A stretch of DNA of 64,000 nt, from positions 7,192,001-7,256,000 of the forward strand of contig CM022673.1 of assembly GCA_012295275.1 (NCBI GenBank). Direction: 5' to 3'. Positions 46,907-61,653 of this stretch are shown here, piece by piece (positions within the stretch are counted from its first letter, which is position 1; every line of letters starts with the position of its first letter). This DNA is from Chrysomallon squamiferum (taxonomy: Eukaryota > Animalia > Mollusca). The translations under genes were made by a program, and so were the position numbers. Below the pieces are notes generated by a model. That model saw nothing but the letters and a program-made list of their open reading frames with translations, did no database searches and was not told where the DNA came from.

Positions 46907-47780
46907 TATTCACTGGTGTTGTGTCATCTGAAAATTAAAACCAAATTTTCTCTCCAATCATACAAAGATGAAAAGTGAAATATTTGATACTAGTGCAATT
47001 CATCTGGCAGATCATTAAAACAATGCTATCATAGACTTCTGAATTCACCAGACTTTAGGTAGTGCAGGACAAAATAATAATTCCAATACAAAAATAACAT
47101 CAATAATAATGAACTTGTTGAATTCTGATCATTTATATTTGTACAATTATTCAATGAAACTTGGTATTTTAAAATTCATAATTATTTAACTTATGGGTTA
47201 TATTTTCAATACTAACATCTCTTTTCTTCTTCTTCTTCTTTTTTTTCTTTTGATTTCATTTAGAGTTTGACCTATTTCTTTTCTCCTTTAAAGACCCTGA
47301 TGCTATGACAGGTAATGGAGGTAAGATTGCATTTTCATAATAATAAATATTATTATAATTTATACTGAATAAGATCATAAACAGGACTATGGAAAGTACT
47401 TGTACAGTTCTAAATGGAATTATATTATGATATTCCGATAAATTATAAAGCAAATTTATTACTGATTTGATTAGTCCATAACAGTTAACACTATAAACAG
47501 CATATATTATTGTTAATATTAATTAGTTATTCGTTATTCAGTGTAAGATATGTATGTTTGTGTATGTGTGTGTGTAATATTTTAATGATTAAACTGACAT
47601 ACATGATTACAAACTTTAAAAAAAAAAAAAAAATTATTATTATTATTGTTATTAGTTTTAAATGAAGAAATTAAAAATATTAAAAATATTAAAAATTAGA
47701 CTACAGAAGTTCAGAACTTTATAAGACTGCTGCTATCGCCGCGATTTAAAAAGTTCATAACACGTAAATTTAACACTTAC

Positions 47781-49120
47781 CAATAAAATAAACTATAAAA
47801 TTCTGCATATTTTCCTTTGTGCGTGCAACTGGTCATAATGTATTGATTAATAGTGTACTAAAAAAAGAATGTAAATTAACAATGAACGGGAACTTTTCAA
47901 CGGGTCACCACTTCCGTATCTCTGCACTAAGCCTAATGGGTTACAACTTACATAATTTTTAAAAGATCAACAGATAAAATTTAATTTTGTATAAAATAGA
48001 ATTACAGAAATCATGAGCCAGTAATGAGAAGATAAATACTGTGAACAATTATATTATTTACAGCTCAAACTTAAAATATTTTGTGGTACACTACGAACTT
48101 AAGTCTTTACAAATCATTGATCAAGATCATGACAGATAAATGATGCGAAGAGAAAAAAAATATATAATAATAATAATAATTAAAATTTTTCACAGAAATA
48201 TATTTTTTAACGTACTAAATATCGTCTGTAAATTATGTATGTGCATGACTATAAATATTTCTTTCTTTCTTTTCCCGAGAAAAGGAGAAAAGGTTGAGAA
48301 TCCGTAAGTCGAAATAAATTTCTATCGTTTTTTTGTGGACTGAAAATCTCGGAATATTCTGGAGAAGATTTCTAAACATACAAGAATAGACTTAAAACAC
48401 AGAATTGTGTATTATCGATATTCTGGGTAAATAATTTATCTCTTGTATAAAGTCATAACAAATAAAAATAAAATATAATTTTTGTTGGTTTTTATTTATT
48501 TATTATTTAAAAATAAATAAATATTCATACGTGAAGCAGATGTTTATTGTTATTACAAATACATCGGAGAAGAAAACTTGGGTCGAATGGAACATCAAAT
48601 GAATTAAGACGGTGGCCAGTAATTGTTATATTTGACATTATGGCAACTAAATATGTCTGTATATAACACGTCAGGGTAATTATATCAAATATTTTTGCGT
48701 TACGTGTCTCAGTATCTTTTGAAGCAGATATTTTTATTTTATATCCTAATACCAGATAACAGACGATTTTGTGTGATTTCTTTCAGCATAATAATTAATT
48801 GTTAGAATTTCATTCCACATTATAGTTAGCATTATTACAGAGAAAATATGTCTCTTTGCTTTATGATACAACACACCTGCCTTTGTGGTGGATATCATAT
48901 ACAAGTGTTTATACTGTTGTTATACAGTTAAAATATTTATAACCACAAAATATTAACATGATTTTAAGAAGAAGACGAAGAAGAAAGAAAACAAATGTCT
49001 TATTCTGCCGGTTTCGGCTCAATTAACAAATGTTCGTCGCGGTCCTGTTTTATATTTACTTCCGTGTTTAAATTTCCGGGTTATTCAAGTAAGAGGATCC
49101 AGTTTTGTCAGGTGTTTATT
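47781..49120. promoter_or_regulatory. Divergent promoter region of FBXO30-like (-) and APH1 (+) with putative non-coding first exons
   Basis: Minus-strand donor TG|GTAAGT at 47781/47780; plus-strand donor CAA|GTAAGA at 49088/49089; ETS-like ACTTCCGT at 47910-47917 and 49058-49065; CpG locally more frequent than in flanking gene bodies (by eye). Confidence 0.55.
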
Positions 49121-49823
49121 TTTAAGCAATTGTTTATGTTATATTATGAATGACATTGTATGCTCTGTATTATAATTGTATTGAGTTTACCCTTTGGTAT
49201 TCTATGAAATTTTATATATATAATATTATTTAACGTTTAAAATTTACATTGATCTTTTATTTTCCATAGCATTGATGATTTGATCAGTACAGGAGTACTA
49301 CATAATAATTAATACATTTGCAACGCCAACAGCCAACATTATTAGACCATTAGTCATTACGCGATTAAATGATTTATTATTATTATACTTTTTTATGGCA
49401 TTATATTCATATAATGGCGCACTTTTAACATGATCACACGTACACCAGGTTATATATAATGTAATATTAATATATTTCGTTCATGGACATGATTGTTTCG
49501 TACACGTAATTTAAAATGGATAAAACGGATTGATTTGCCAAGTTGAATTTCAGAATATTTTTGCTTTTGTACATGAGTCAGAGTATCATTGTAACAAATA
49601 TCCGGAAAAAACAAAAAACAAATAAGCAATCAAATAAATTGTATATGTACTTGCGAGTAACGTCTTTAAGTTTAAGATACTTGTGATCAGCATTAAAATA
49701 GGGGAAAAATGTGTTTCTGTAAATAAATGTTATTCTTTTCTGAGTAAATAGAAATGTCAGATATGTTATTAATGGTGTTTGTTTTATTTTTCTCCTTCAG
49801 GTGATTAAACAAATTCGGCTATC

Positions 49824-52698
49824 ATGACGATGATGGAATTTTTTGGCTGTTCTTTTATTGCATTTGGCCCGGCACTGGCCATGTTTGTGTTCACTATAGC
49901 TCAGCATCCATTGAGGATTATTGTTCTTATCGCCAGGTAAATAGCTACATTTAAAATAAACTTTGTTTTCACAAAATACCATTTATTACGGCAATTCACA
50001 ACATTTTTTTGGAAAATAAAAGCATTTTATTTAATTATTATAAATGATGATAATTTTATGTTATTGAATTTCCACATAGAATTTAATTTTTTTTTTAATT
50101 CAGAAATTAAATGAATAATAAACACAACAGTTTTATAATATATTTGTAAAATATAGTGTAGTTCTGTGCCTTTAGCTTAATGTTACATATATAAAGTATA
50201 ATAACAAACTAATTGCGTCACTATTAATATGTATATTAAAACAAAACAATATTTTAACATTAAATTTAAGCAGAAGTCTTCTGCTGGTATATATATATAT
50301 ATTTAAAAATATTGTTATCAACGTCATCATAATTGTATTGTTATTATTTCAGTGGTTTCTTTTGGTTGTTGGCGCTGTTGTTGTCGTCAATACTGTGGTA
50401 TGCTGTAGTGCCACTGCGAGACAAACTGGCATTTGGTGTCGTTTTCTCTGTACTCATCCAGGAACTCTTCAGATTTTTCTTCTATAAAATGCTCAGGTCT
50501 GGCAGCATTTCATTTACTTTTATTTGTTGTTTTTAAAATAAGACTGAAACACAAAGACTGGCAGTGTTTAATAGTGTTATATATCAGTTCACATGGTTTT
50601 AGAATATTATTCAAGAATATCTTTTGGCACAACTTTTTTGAAGATGGGTTGATGGGGATGTGCATGCATAAATTTGTATATGAAAGCTTGCATATATGTG
50701 AAAAATAAGAGGGACATAAAAAGTAATTCAGTAATATTTAATTTGTATGCTGTTTTATATTTAATTCATCTGTGTTACTGAACTGTAAGTACCTGTAACG
50801 TAAAATGCATTCTGAAATCCATGTTGTTGCTTATATGTTATTTACATTTTACACAGAAAAGCTGATGATGGTTTGCAAAAAGTGAACCAGACAACAGATT
50901 CCACAACCAGCAAAGATATCTCTAACAAAAATATTATGGCTTACGGTAAATAAAAGCTTGACATCCATATATAAATATATACATATTTAAAAAAAAAAAA
51001 AATGAAAATAAGATTTTAAAATTAGAACTTTTAATATCTTAAGTTAATAACTTTATATACAGTTTGAATTAGTTGACTGGATATCACTGAAATACAGTAA
51101 AAGCTAAAACCTAAGAAAATGAATGTTTTTTTTCCATTAGAAGCCTTATATTTATAAATAAATATATATATATATATATAAATATATTGAGCTGATCCAT
51201 ACTTTTATAGTATTTACTAGCAGAACATGCATATCATGGTTTTTGTTAATTTTAATAACTTTAAGTGAAAGCAATCCAATTAAAGATATTATGATTTAAA
51301 ACAGATCTTATGCAATACGTTTATTTTTGCATGGTTTGGATATTGTTTATAAAAGTTGTCTTAATTAGATTCACTGAAAAAAAAAATATTAACAAACATC
51401 TGATATTTTTAAATATTCATTGCTTTTTCAGTGTCTGGATTAGGTTTTGGAATTATCTGTGGAGCATTTTCTTTAGTCAATGTTTTAGCTGATATGGTAG
51501 GGCCTGGAACCATTGGTATCCACGGTGATTCTAAATATTTTTTCCTTACCTCAGGTATGTATAATGCATGTCAGAAAATAAAATATATTTTAGTTGTTTG
51601 TTAGAATTTAACTGTCCTACTAGTTTCAAAGAGAGTGTATTTCTACCAATATTTAAAATGGTTTAAATTAATACTTTGCACAGAAATTAGATTTTCGAGG
51701 ATTATTTGGGGGATATTTAATGAACTCGTAGGTATATGAAACTATGTCAGACCACAACATAATTTCAGTACAAGTAAAAGAATCTACAGAACAGTTAAAA
51801 ATCAGTTTTATTCTTTAAACAGAAAAGCATTTGCATTTTATCTTCAAAACAAATATTATTACGCATGTTAATTGTTAAAAGTTTCATTGGTACATCATTC
51901 AACATATTTATAATATATATATTTTTCTCTGACTATCATTTCAAACTCTGAAACATATTTTCCGCTGAATTGTTTTTGAATTGTTATTTACCCAAATCAG
52001 TTATGTTTTTATATAAATTTCATTAATTCATGATTACAGATTTAAAAACATAAATGTAAGTCAGATCTGTTTCATACAGGAGTCAATTTCATTCCACATA
52101 TATATATATATTTTTTAACCCCTTTTCTATTTGCAGCATTTTTGACTTTGTGTTTCATTTTGCTTCACACTTTCTGGGGTGTGATTTTCTTCCATGCTCT
52201 TGACACGAAACGTATTGTTCCCTGTTCAATACTGCTGTCCATGGTTGTTGTTTTTCACTTAATAGCATCCTGTTTGGTAAGATTTATTCTTTCCTGTTGC
52301 GTAGAAAACATAAAAAATTTCATACACATGCTCTCCACTGCTAATTCTAATTAAATACACACCATCAAATTATAATATTGAATTACGAAATCTGTCTTTA
52401 AACAAAATATACAAGTGTGATAGTGATTTTTTGATTTCTTAATAAAAACACATTGTATTCACTTGATTTATTTGAAGATTTAAAAATTATTTTTGATTAT
52501 TATAAAGTTATCTTCAGTTTGTTCACTTTACATTCTTACATTCATAACATTATTGATATTATTATTATTTTTAAGCATTTTTTTTTTTTACATGCTATAT
52601 ATGCTTTTTACAAATCAGGCTGATGGAGGATATTATATCTATCTATATATATATATGTCTGTCTATCTGTTTGTCTGTCTGTCTGTCTGTCTATCTAC

Positions 52699-52766
<68 letters not shown>

Positions 52767-52972
52767 TTGTATATATAATAATTTGTTTTTTTTCCTTTTG
52801 TTTGCAGACTTTGTTAAACCAAAGAACAGAACCCCTCTATTTTGTCAGTATCATTCCAGCATATATACTTTTGTTTATTAGTGCAGTAGTTGCATTCTTT
52901 ATTGCTGGAGGATCACTGTCTAATGTCAAATTGGCTTTACAGTGCCGGAAGGGAAGATATGAAATGGACTGA
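49824..52972 (+). CDS. APH1: Gamma-secretase subunit APH-1, 6 coding exons, about 257 aa
   Basis: Exons: 49824-49936 (MTMMEFFGCSFIAFGPALAMF), 50353-50496 (FFWLLALLLSS, QELFRF), 50857-50945, 51432-51554 (VSGLGFGIICG GxxxG, GPGTIGIHGDS), 52137-52276 (LLHTFWGV, FHLIAS), 52808-52972; 774 nt, GT-AG, phases consistent. Confidence 0.96.
52657..52767. repeat. (CTGT)n/(CTAT)n tetranucleotide microsatellite
   Basis: Direct reading. Confidence 0.9.
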
Positions 52973-53119
52973 ATAAAAATTTAATATTTTAATTTGATGA
53001 TTAAAAAAAAAGCAAAAAAAAAAAGCAAGGAAATTTTAGAATGCCTCTAAGACTGTTCTTAGAAAAGATAGGCTGACAGGATTTAACACTTTATTGTAAA
53101 TATATTTTTTCTTCATTGG

Positions 53120-53159
<40 letters not shown>

Positions 53160-56030
53160 TTCTACTACTGTTACTACCACCACTATAACTACTACTACTA
53201 CTACTTAATGAGAATCTCTCTAATTTTATGTTTGTGAGAACAATGAACAAAACAAAATAGTTGGAATAATCCTTGAAAAGTTTGATATGAATGCTGAATA
53301 ATGTTAAATTTGTTTTGTTGCATTAGCAGCAGGATATTCATAGATAATTATTTGCATGGATTCAGAGAAAACACATTGTTACAGGTTGTTTCAGTACATT
53401 CCATTTTTTAAAACTGTTTTTTGATCATGACAAACATACAGTTTTGTAAAATTACACTAATTTATATTCACTACATGCCTAGCGGAATACATTTTTGAGT
53501 AAAATGATTATCAAAGTGTCGAAATGCATTATACTTATCTGGCTAATGTTGTACGTTTTTTAATGTTATGTATTTTTGTACAATGAACAGTAATGTTACT
53601 GATGTTTGCTTTGTTCTCATCCTTTAAATGTAAGTGTTATGCATGTTGTTTGTTATTTTTATATGTTTCAACATATCTGTATATAGCTGTTAAATTTTAC
53701 ATATATTTTTTATTTGATTATAATTTGAATGTATAATAACTTAAAGCTTATTTTCAGTTCAGTAGTGATTTTATATTGTCATTAAATCATTATTTCAGAT
53801 ATTACTACATTGTTTCCTTTTTATTTATTTATTTTTCTCTTTATTCCTGTTTCACTTCATTTGTTCATTTTTATCATTCTGATCATTTGTTCATTCAGTC
53901 TTGTCAAATTTTTTAATTATTCCATTTTGAAGAAAAAATGATAAAGAAAGAAAGATAATTGATCTCTTAAATGTTAATTACATAATATTGATGTAACTCT
54001 TTGTTTTGTTGATGTCCTTAACAGTGATGGTGTTCTTCAAGACTTAATAACTCTAACATTTAATATTTGTTAAAAAGATACCTGAAATTCGTGGATTTTA
54101 AGGAAATAAGAATTACTTTTGATTATTTAATGTTTGTTCACTTTTGTTCTCACATTCTCAACTTATTATTATTATTATTTTTTTAATTTTTTTTTTTTTT
54201 AATAGGGAGCATACTCTCTATACTATGTTACAAATTACATTATTGGGGGTTAAGCTTTTCCTATCAAGATAGGAATATCCACCTTGATGGCAAGAATTTA
54301 AACTGTTTTAGAAGTGGACATTACCAAGACATTTTACTGATAGATACACTGGAGATTCTGTCAAATCTTAGTGTATTGTGACAACAACAGCAGTCATTAC
54401 AGAACATTTTGATAGCTGTAGCAATCCCTAAAAGTAAACAAGAGGTTAGATATAACCTAAATTCAACTTCAAGCTAGCCCATAATTTCCTATTCTGGTCA
54501 AAGACCCACAAAAAGAGTATCAAATGCTGTATCATGTATTTTTTGTATGGTATCTTCATTTCAGACATTTTTATCCACAAACAAATAATTCAACTAAATA
54601 TATTTATGGGAAGGAATATAATAAAAGATATCTTCATGCTAACTGATAAGAAAATCCGGTGCAATAGCAGCAACAAGTTGCATGTCCTATAATGATTGCC
54701 CAGTGTATTAAAAACTGAATGTTTGAATTGGTAAACGAAAATCAAATGTGTTGAAGGGTTCTGAACTTTTTCTGTTGTCTGTTGGGACAGTCTTTGTATA
54801 TTGTTTTCACATTTGTTTCTGTGGTCATTCATAAAAATGCTTCATACTACATATCTGTTTTCAGTAATATTTGTTAACTTGATTGTGGAATCACATGTAT
54901 TTAATGCTTAAACCTGGTGATGTTTGCTGTTTGTTACCTAATGTAAATAAATGAAAATCTGGACACATTTTGTGTAATATTTGCTTGAAAAATAATTGTG
55001 GTTTGCTGTTATTTGGGAAATTATTATGTCCATGAATTTTCAATGATGTTTGAAAATATTCCCTGTCTATATGAACTGGAATATGACAGATTATCATGAA
55101 ACTTTTGAATTTTTCATATAATTATGATTTAATTAGAACCTCCCCCACCCCAAGTTTTAACAAATTTTACAATTGTTTTTTTAATTGACTGAAAAACAAT
55201 GTCTCAAATTTAAATAATTTTAGATGTGATGTATATTATTATTATTATTGAAACAGAAAATCTGTGAATTAATTATTAAACATTTCTAAAGTGTTATAAC
55301 TGCAAAACTGATGTGCATCACTAATTATATTTTCAATTTACAACACATACATGATAAAAATATCAGATGTTAATCATTTATTTTCCATTGTTAATGGCTA
55401 AAATTTATGAGATCATCATGTGTCATATTAACTTTTGAAATAAATAGTTTATCTTTTTAAATATCAGTAAAATTGGAAATTTTGCTTTGTTTGTAGACAA
55501 TTTTTATTTTAAGATGCTAACTCTTAAAGGCAAAATGTACTATATTTTCTTTTTAGGTATATATATGTAGACTAAAATACTTTTTACCAATTTCCAAACA
55601 TTTATTTTGTTGATATCTGGCATACAGTATTTCCTGATTAATAAACTATGACAAAATAAAAAAAAACTCTTGAGGATGCAAGAGGCTATATTTATATTTT
55701 ATTAATTTTATTAATTTTATTGTTTAGTGTTTTATTTGTCCAAAATTATTCTCTTATTTTTAGTTATATTTTTTTTTTTAAATCTTTTATCGGGGTGTGG
55801 ATGATAAACTGAGCAAGACTCATCCAAAATGCTTTGGACTTAAAATATCACATTTCAAAAATGTTTGAAGAAGGGACTGAAGTCTAAACACAGATACCAT
55901 TTACATTTTATATAAAGCTCACATATATAAAACTGGAAAATAATTTTATACATTATTCTTAATAATTTTGTGGAACATAACTACATAAGTAAGGAATCTA
56001 CTCAGCCCATAACCAAAACAAAGGAATATA

Positions 56031-56061
<31 letters not shown>

Positions 56062-56199
56062 TTATATTTATGAACATACATAATGTGTTTATGTATGTGT
56101 ATATATATATATATATGCACACACATACATGTATATAAAATTTCAAATGCATATATATATGTATGTATATATGTATTTGAAATTGTAATTGATGCTAAC

Positions 56200-56308
56200 C
56201 ATGCGGCACTAGTTAGTATGGGATAGTTCCCTAGTTCACTGGCAGCACCATTGAGATTTGATCCTGTGATCCCTTTCTTGTCAGAGTAAGCATTCTGTTA
56301 CTGAACTA
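56200..56308 (-). mobile_element. Degenerate tRNA-derived SINE head
   Basis: Minus strand has A-box-like TAGTTCAGTAACAGA and B-box-like GGATCAAATCTC at tRNA-like spacing; no cloverleaf is evident. Confidence 0.35.
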
Positions 56309-58810
56309 ATACAAACGACTAGAACTGTAATACAAAGATAGCTTAGAGAATGTCTTAACTATTGGAAGGCAAAAAAAAATGTAACTTCTGTAAAATTAAA
56401 TGATAATCAAACACTGGATTGATGAAAACATTAATAAACATCAAAGTCTGTATTAAAAGTCAATGACTTTTGACCACAAAGGATGGGTGGATAAAAATAC
56501 CAATCCATGCATAGGCTGAGACAAGGGAAACAGGCTGCAGGTCACTGACCTTAAAATCTTTTCTGTTGTAAATATGAAGTTACATGTAATAAACTGAACT
56601 TTGAATTTATTGTATTGAAGATGTATTGTTCATCTGAAATAAACTATATATATATTTATATTTTTTTTTTTTTTAATTGAAATTAAAATAATACACAGAC
56701 ATATTTATGCTTGAAATTTTATGTTTTACACATACAATCATCTTTCAACATTAACATAAGGAAACAACTGATGTGTGAAAGATTAAACGATATCTCTCAT
56801 TAACTTAGCTAAATAACAAATTAAAAAAACCAGTAATGATTATTTTTGAGGTACTACTTGATATTTTTGACAAAATACTAAAGGTATTTTGGATAAGTTT
56901 TCCCAAATTTAAAATTATCTTTCAATAAATAACAAACTGAAAACAAAAAGTAATGTTGCATAAATGTTTAATAGATTTATAAAAGCTTACTGAAATTTTA
57001 TACTGTAAGATACATAAAAAAAAAATGAAATACATGTCATACAGTTTTGATAAACCATTCTACATAATAACCTGCTATGATTTTGCAAATCATTCTTTAC
57101 CTATATATAAAAAGAGTGCGTCTACACAGAAACTGATTTAAAAAAAAAAAATAAAATCAAACTGCCATGTTATAAATGATGGTAAAATAATTGCTATAGT
57201 TTGTTTAATTTTAATGAAATATACATCTAGAATATCAAAAAGATTTACTACTTATCTGAAATTTTGTTTGGATTTGTAAGTTTGTGTGTTTGTGTGTGTG
57301 TGATGTAAATGCAGAAGTAGATGAAAACATATTTTCAAAATGCATGCTGAAATAAAAACATATACAAATTCCATCACTGCATACTTATTTTGTTTTTATC
57401 ATTTCTTTTAATATACAGAATATAAATATATAATAAAACTACAAAAATAATGTAAATAAGGCAATCGAACTACAGCATAAATAATACTGTAAAAAATATA
57501 GAATTAAAACTGCTGCTTGAATTAAATGAATATATAATCTAAAAAAAAAAATTGTATTGTAGTTCTAGGAGATTCAAAAGTTTTTGCAAGTTATTATATT
57601 TGTAATAATTTTCCCCAAGAATCTTAAATGAAAACAATAATTTATTATTTCTATTTCTTATTTCCATTGCATCAAACCACTTCCACTATATTTAATGTTT
57701 GATGAAAACTAGGCACATTCACTTAATTAAACAAAACAAGAGTAAAATCAAACAGCCTAAATACATTATATATACTAGTGATTATCTTATAAATACCAAC
57801 CAACCTCTGATTATAACAAAGTCTAATGATAATATACTAAGCCTATGAAAAAGATATGAACAGTAGTTTATATTATTAATTGATTTTAATTCATTTATTT
57901 ACATTTTTAATCTTTTCCTTTATTCACTTATATATATATATTTTTTTTTTTCTAACTTTTCTTTTTTTAAGAGTAAAGTAACTTTACAATTACTTTATCT
58001 TCATTATCATTTCTACATTTGAAATGCTATCACAAAATTAATGGCAACCTACATGCATTTCCTAGAGCTTTTTGTTTTATTATCATATTGTTAGCAATAG
58101 TTGATCATATTTGAAATCTATTAGGCTATTTATTGTATCATCAAAAGAAAACTTTAATGAATCAAGTATACAAACATACTAACATTATTAACACATTCAG
58201 ATAAATACATAACAAATTCTGTGAACAAATTATTGTCCTGTATGTAACAATAGCATTAATAACACGACGCAAAAGTATCACAGATTTATCAATAACAAAA
58301 ACAAAAGCTGAAAGCACCATTTGTTCAAAGATACACACAATATATATATATATATATATATAAAATCAACAAATATATGGATACATACAAACAAAAACCT
58401 AAATAAAATAAAATTCTAACTGAATTAAAAGAAATTGCTAATTGTGTATTGAAACAGAATGCCAAACTTTATTCAATCACCCGTTTGAGGAATGCAGATC
58501 TGAAATCACAGGTAAAAACAATTAAATACATTTCAAATTAACCTCTAGATGTAAAATAACCACTGATCTAGTGTCCATTTTTTTTTTTTTTTTTTTTTTT
58601 CTCTTACATGAAGTGAACCCAGTAGACAAAAGTTAATTTTGGGAATGTTTAAATATTAAAACATGGGCTTTCATGGATCTTGCTATACTGGTTTGATTCA
58701 GACTACTTCAGCTCACATGGATGATAAAGATTCCAAACATATTTCACATTCAGTATACAGCATGAGCTTACTATCTATGTTTTTCATCTGAATTTCTGCT
58801 TCAAAGTTGA

Positions 58811-58888
58811 AGACAGCTATATTATCAGTTTATTAATTTCAGTCCAGACAGCTATATTATCAGTTTATTAATTTCAGTCCAGACAGCT
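58811..58888. repeat. 35-bp exact tandem repeat, about 2.2 copies
   Basis: AGACAGCTATATTATCAGTTTATTAATTTCAGTCC twice, followed by AGACAGCT. Confidence 0.9.
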
Positions 58889-59857
58889 GTAAAACATTCT
58901 ATACAATAAGGACATAATGTTTAAACAATGTTTTTATGTCAATTCACTTTTTTTTAAATAATTTTCTATACTGTAACTATAAAGTACTATGGTATTTCAG
59001 AATTATTTACAATGCAAATAGTACTAAAACAATATTTTGGCTAAGATATAAGCTATGTGACATCTAATATAAGCTATATGACTTTGCTAATGGTCTTGAG
59101 TGCATGATTGTGAACTGAAACTTTTGGGTACGATTTTTGTCACATGTAAATCACCAATGTTTCTTTGTTACAAACATATTTCTTGTAAAATTTGATATAA
59201 AATAAAATAAATTTACTTGTATGTTTAAGTTGATGCTTGTGCATTTTGTTTATAATGAAACTGTGTAGTTTGGTCAAGTTATAAAAATTATATCCCATAA
59301 ATTTAAAACAGATTGTTAGATTTAAAAACTACCATATTTAACACATCTAGAAATGTTAACATTTCAAACATCAACAGAATTTGTTTTAAAGAAAATAAAA
59401 AAAATTATTATGTGATTATGAAACAAAATCTCGATATCTTCATTGTACTGTAATAGTTTAGTTTTATCAATAATATCTTAAAAATAAACTCAAGAAACAG
59501 GTTTTTATAATGTGGTATTTATATGTTGGTTTAATTATTGCTTGCATATTTACATAGTAACTGATAATACATATATTTTTTCCATTTTCCACAATTAAAA
59601 TATATTTGATAAAACAGAACACTAACCTTTTCACATCTATGTAAAACAGCACAGCCATCTGTATGATAAACATCATAAAAGCAAATATTTCAAAATGGCA
59701 CATTGGTGAATTAACTATTAAATCTGATAATCTGTAATACATTTTAAGTGCTCATTTGTGCATTACAACAATTATCAAGAGACATTCAGAAACCGACTTG
59801 TAGTAGTTACAGTGTCTTAGGTTGTCCGTATGTACCAGGCGATCTGTACTAACAGTT

Positions 59858-60663
59858 TTATATCAGTCTCAGGTGGGAGTTGTCCGATGAGTTCAATGAC
59901 CAGTCGTAGTAGTTGTAGTTTATCGAGACTGTGCCTCTAGTGGTCAGTTTCATCAACAGAATCTCTGCCCTGTCCTGAATTCCTGGCTCCAGGTATGGAA
60001 TTGTCCACCTGAAATAGTGATACACTTGTAAAATGTGTTGTAACAATGAAATTTTGATGTTAAAAATTATAGGACGTAAGTCAAACATTTTCTTATGCAG
60101 TGTTAATATGAAAGGTAAAACGTTCCACAAACATTCAGTGAATCACAGTGAATCTTTTCATATGGACCTTCCCATAGATTGTATATATCACAATAAACCA
60201 GTCATGGAGCATTGACTGGATTTGGGTATAACTAATCCTACCCCTTGTTAGGTTAAGGTGTGCTGTTCCTGGAAATAACTCATTAAAAAGTGTTACATTA
60301 TTCCAGTCAATCAACTACACTTCTTCCCTCTTTAAGGTAAGGAGTCCTAACCTATTTACTTACCTGATAACATGGACGTCTGTCTCTCCAAAATCTTCTC
60401 TGTACCACTGGAAGAGCTTCGACAGCCATATTTCTTCTGTTTCAGTAAACATGGACACTTCTTTTTCACAGAAACTCTTTGTTGCTGCTGTCAGGGCACT
60501 GTCGATGTTGCTAGGGGTGTACACGTTGATGGCAGGACATGACTGAAAAATGATGAATAATTATAGAGGTGCATGTAAAATGTATAATTATTACTCCTTT
60601 CACAACTGTATATTATTTCACAACTGTACTGTTCATTATAGAAATTTATCCTGGAACTGAGGT

Positions 60664-60745
<82 letters not shown>

Positions 60746-61653
60746 TGTTATTGCTATTACTTTTACTATTATTATTATTAGTAGTATAATTTATTACTAT
60801 TACTGTTATTATTATTTTCATCATCATAAATAAATAAATAAAAAAAAAAAGAAAGAGAAACAAAGAAAAGAAAGAAAATGAACATGAAAATCAAAATTAT
60901 TTAGTTTCTTTCAAATATATATATACATATATTTACATAAAAATTAATAATCATATATCAAAGAAAAAAAAAACATTTGAAGTGTGTACTACCTTTACTA
61001 ATGGTTTATAAACAATCTACGTTTGTTAGAACTAATCCAGGTAAAATGGACAGATAAAGAGAAGTACCTACTTAGAATATAAAAACATACTTTAGCACCA
61101 CAAACAAGGGCAAAGTGGATTCTTGGATCTATCTGTTTGACTGAAAATTTTAATCTCGGATCTTTAGGTCCAAACTGAGGCTGAATCGATGCAGGATGCC
61201 CTCGATTGCCTATAAAAATAAATAAGTAAATAAATAAATAAATAAATATCAGTAGCAGTAATACTATTATTAATAACAGAGAAAGAAATAAAATTATTTA
61301 TCTTAAAAATGACAATTTACAAAAATAAGTCTTAATATGAACTGAAACAGCTTCTAATTAATGTCATTAATTTTTGTGTTACTGATTTAATTCAGTACTT
61401 TATAACAGAAAATAAACAAGCACGAACTAAACACTGAAGCATCTAATTACTTGTAATTTACATTTTTATTCATAATACATATATATATTATTTATTAAAC
61501 CTCTAAGTATTCCATGTTCAATGTCATCCAAGGTGAAGATGTAGCCACCAATGTTGTAACCGGTTGTTTTCCAGAACTGCTGCAAGTTTAGTACAGAGTT
61601 GGGTAATGTCTCTAGTTCTGCCAGTCCATGGATGGTTAATGCATTATAAACAT
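59858..61653 (-). CDS. DUF547-domain protein, last four exons; 5' part not found, probably beyond the window
   Basis: Exons (minus): 61653-61501 (VYNALTIHG, TLDDIEHGILRG), 61209-61091 (DPRIHFALVCGAK), 60542-60364 (SCPAI, LSKLFQWYREDFG), 60008-59858 (YDWSLN then stop). These are hallmark DUF547 motifs and the phases are consistent. Confidence 0.9.
60150..60222 (-). mobile_element. Degenerate SINE fragment in a DUF547 intron
   Basis: AAACCAGTCATGGAGCAT matches AAACCAGTCGTTGAGCAT at 28983-29000, and both have similar upstream context (TTTCATATGGACCTTCCCATAGAT vs TTTACATGCACACTCCTGTAGAT). Confidence 0.4.
60665..60744. repeat. (TAT)n microsatellite
   Basis: Direct reading. Confidence 0.95.

Noticed and set aside
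46910-46912. In-frame TGA upstream of the FBXO start as selenocysteine or readthrough
   Set aside because: The extension is only 7 codons, is in a non-conserved position, and I identified no SECIS; a uORF is simpler.
56200-56308. Possible tRNA gene
   Set aside because: The A and B boxes are degenerate and no cloverleaf forms; better explained as a SINE relic.
58811-58888. 35-bp repeat as a possible CRISPR array
   Set aside because: Copies are contiguous with no spacers, and the context is eukaryotic.
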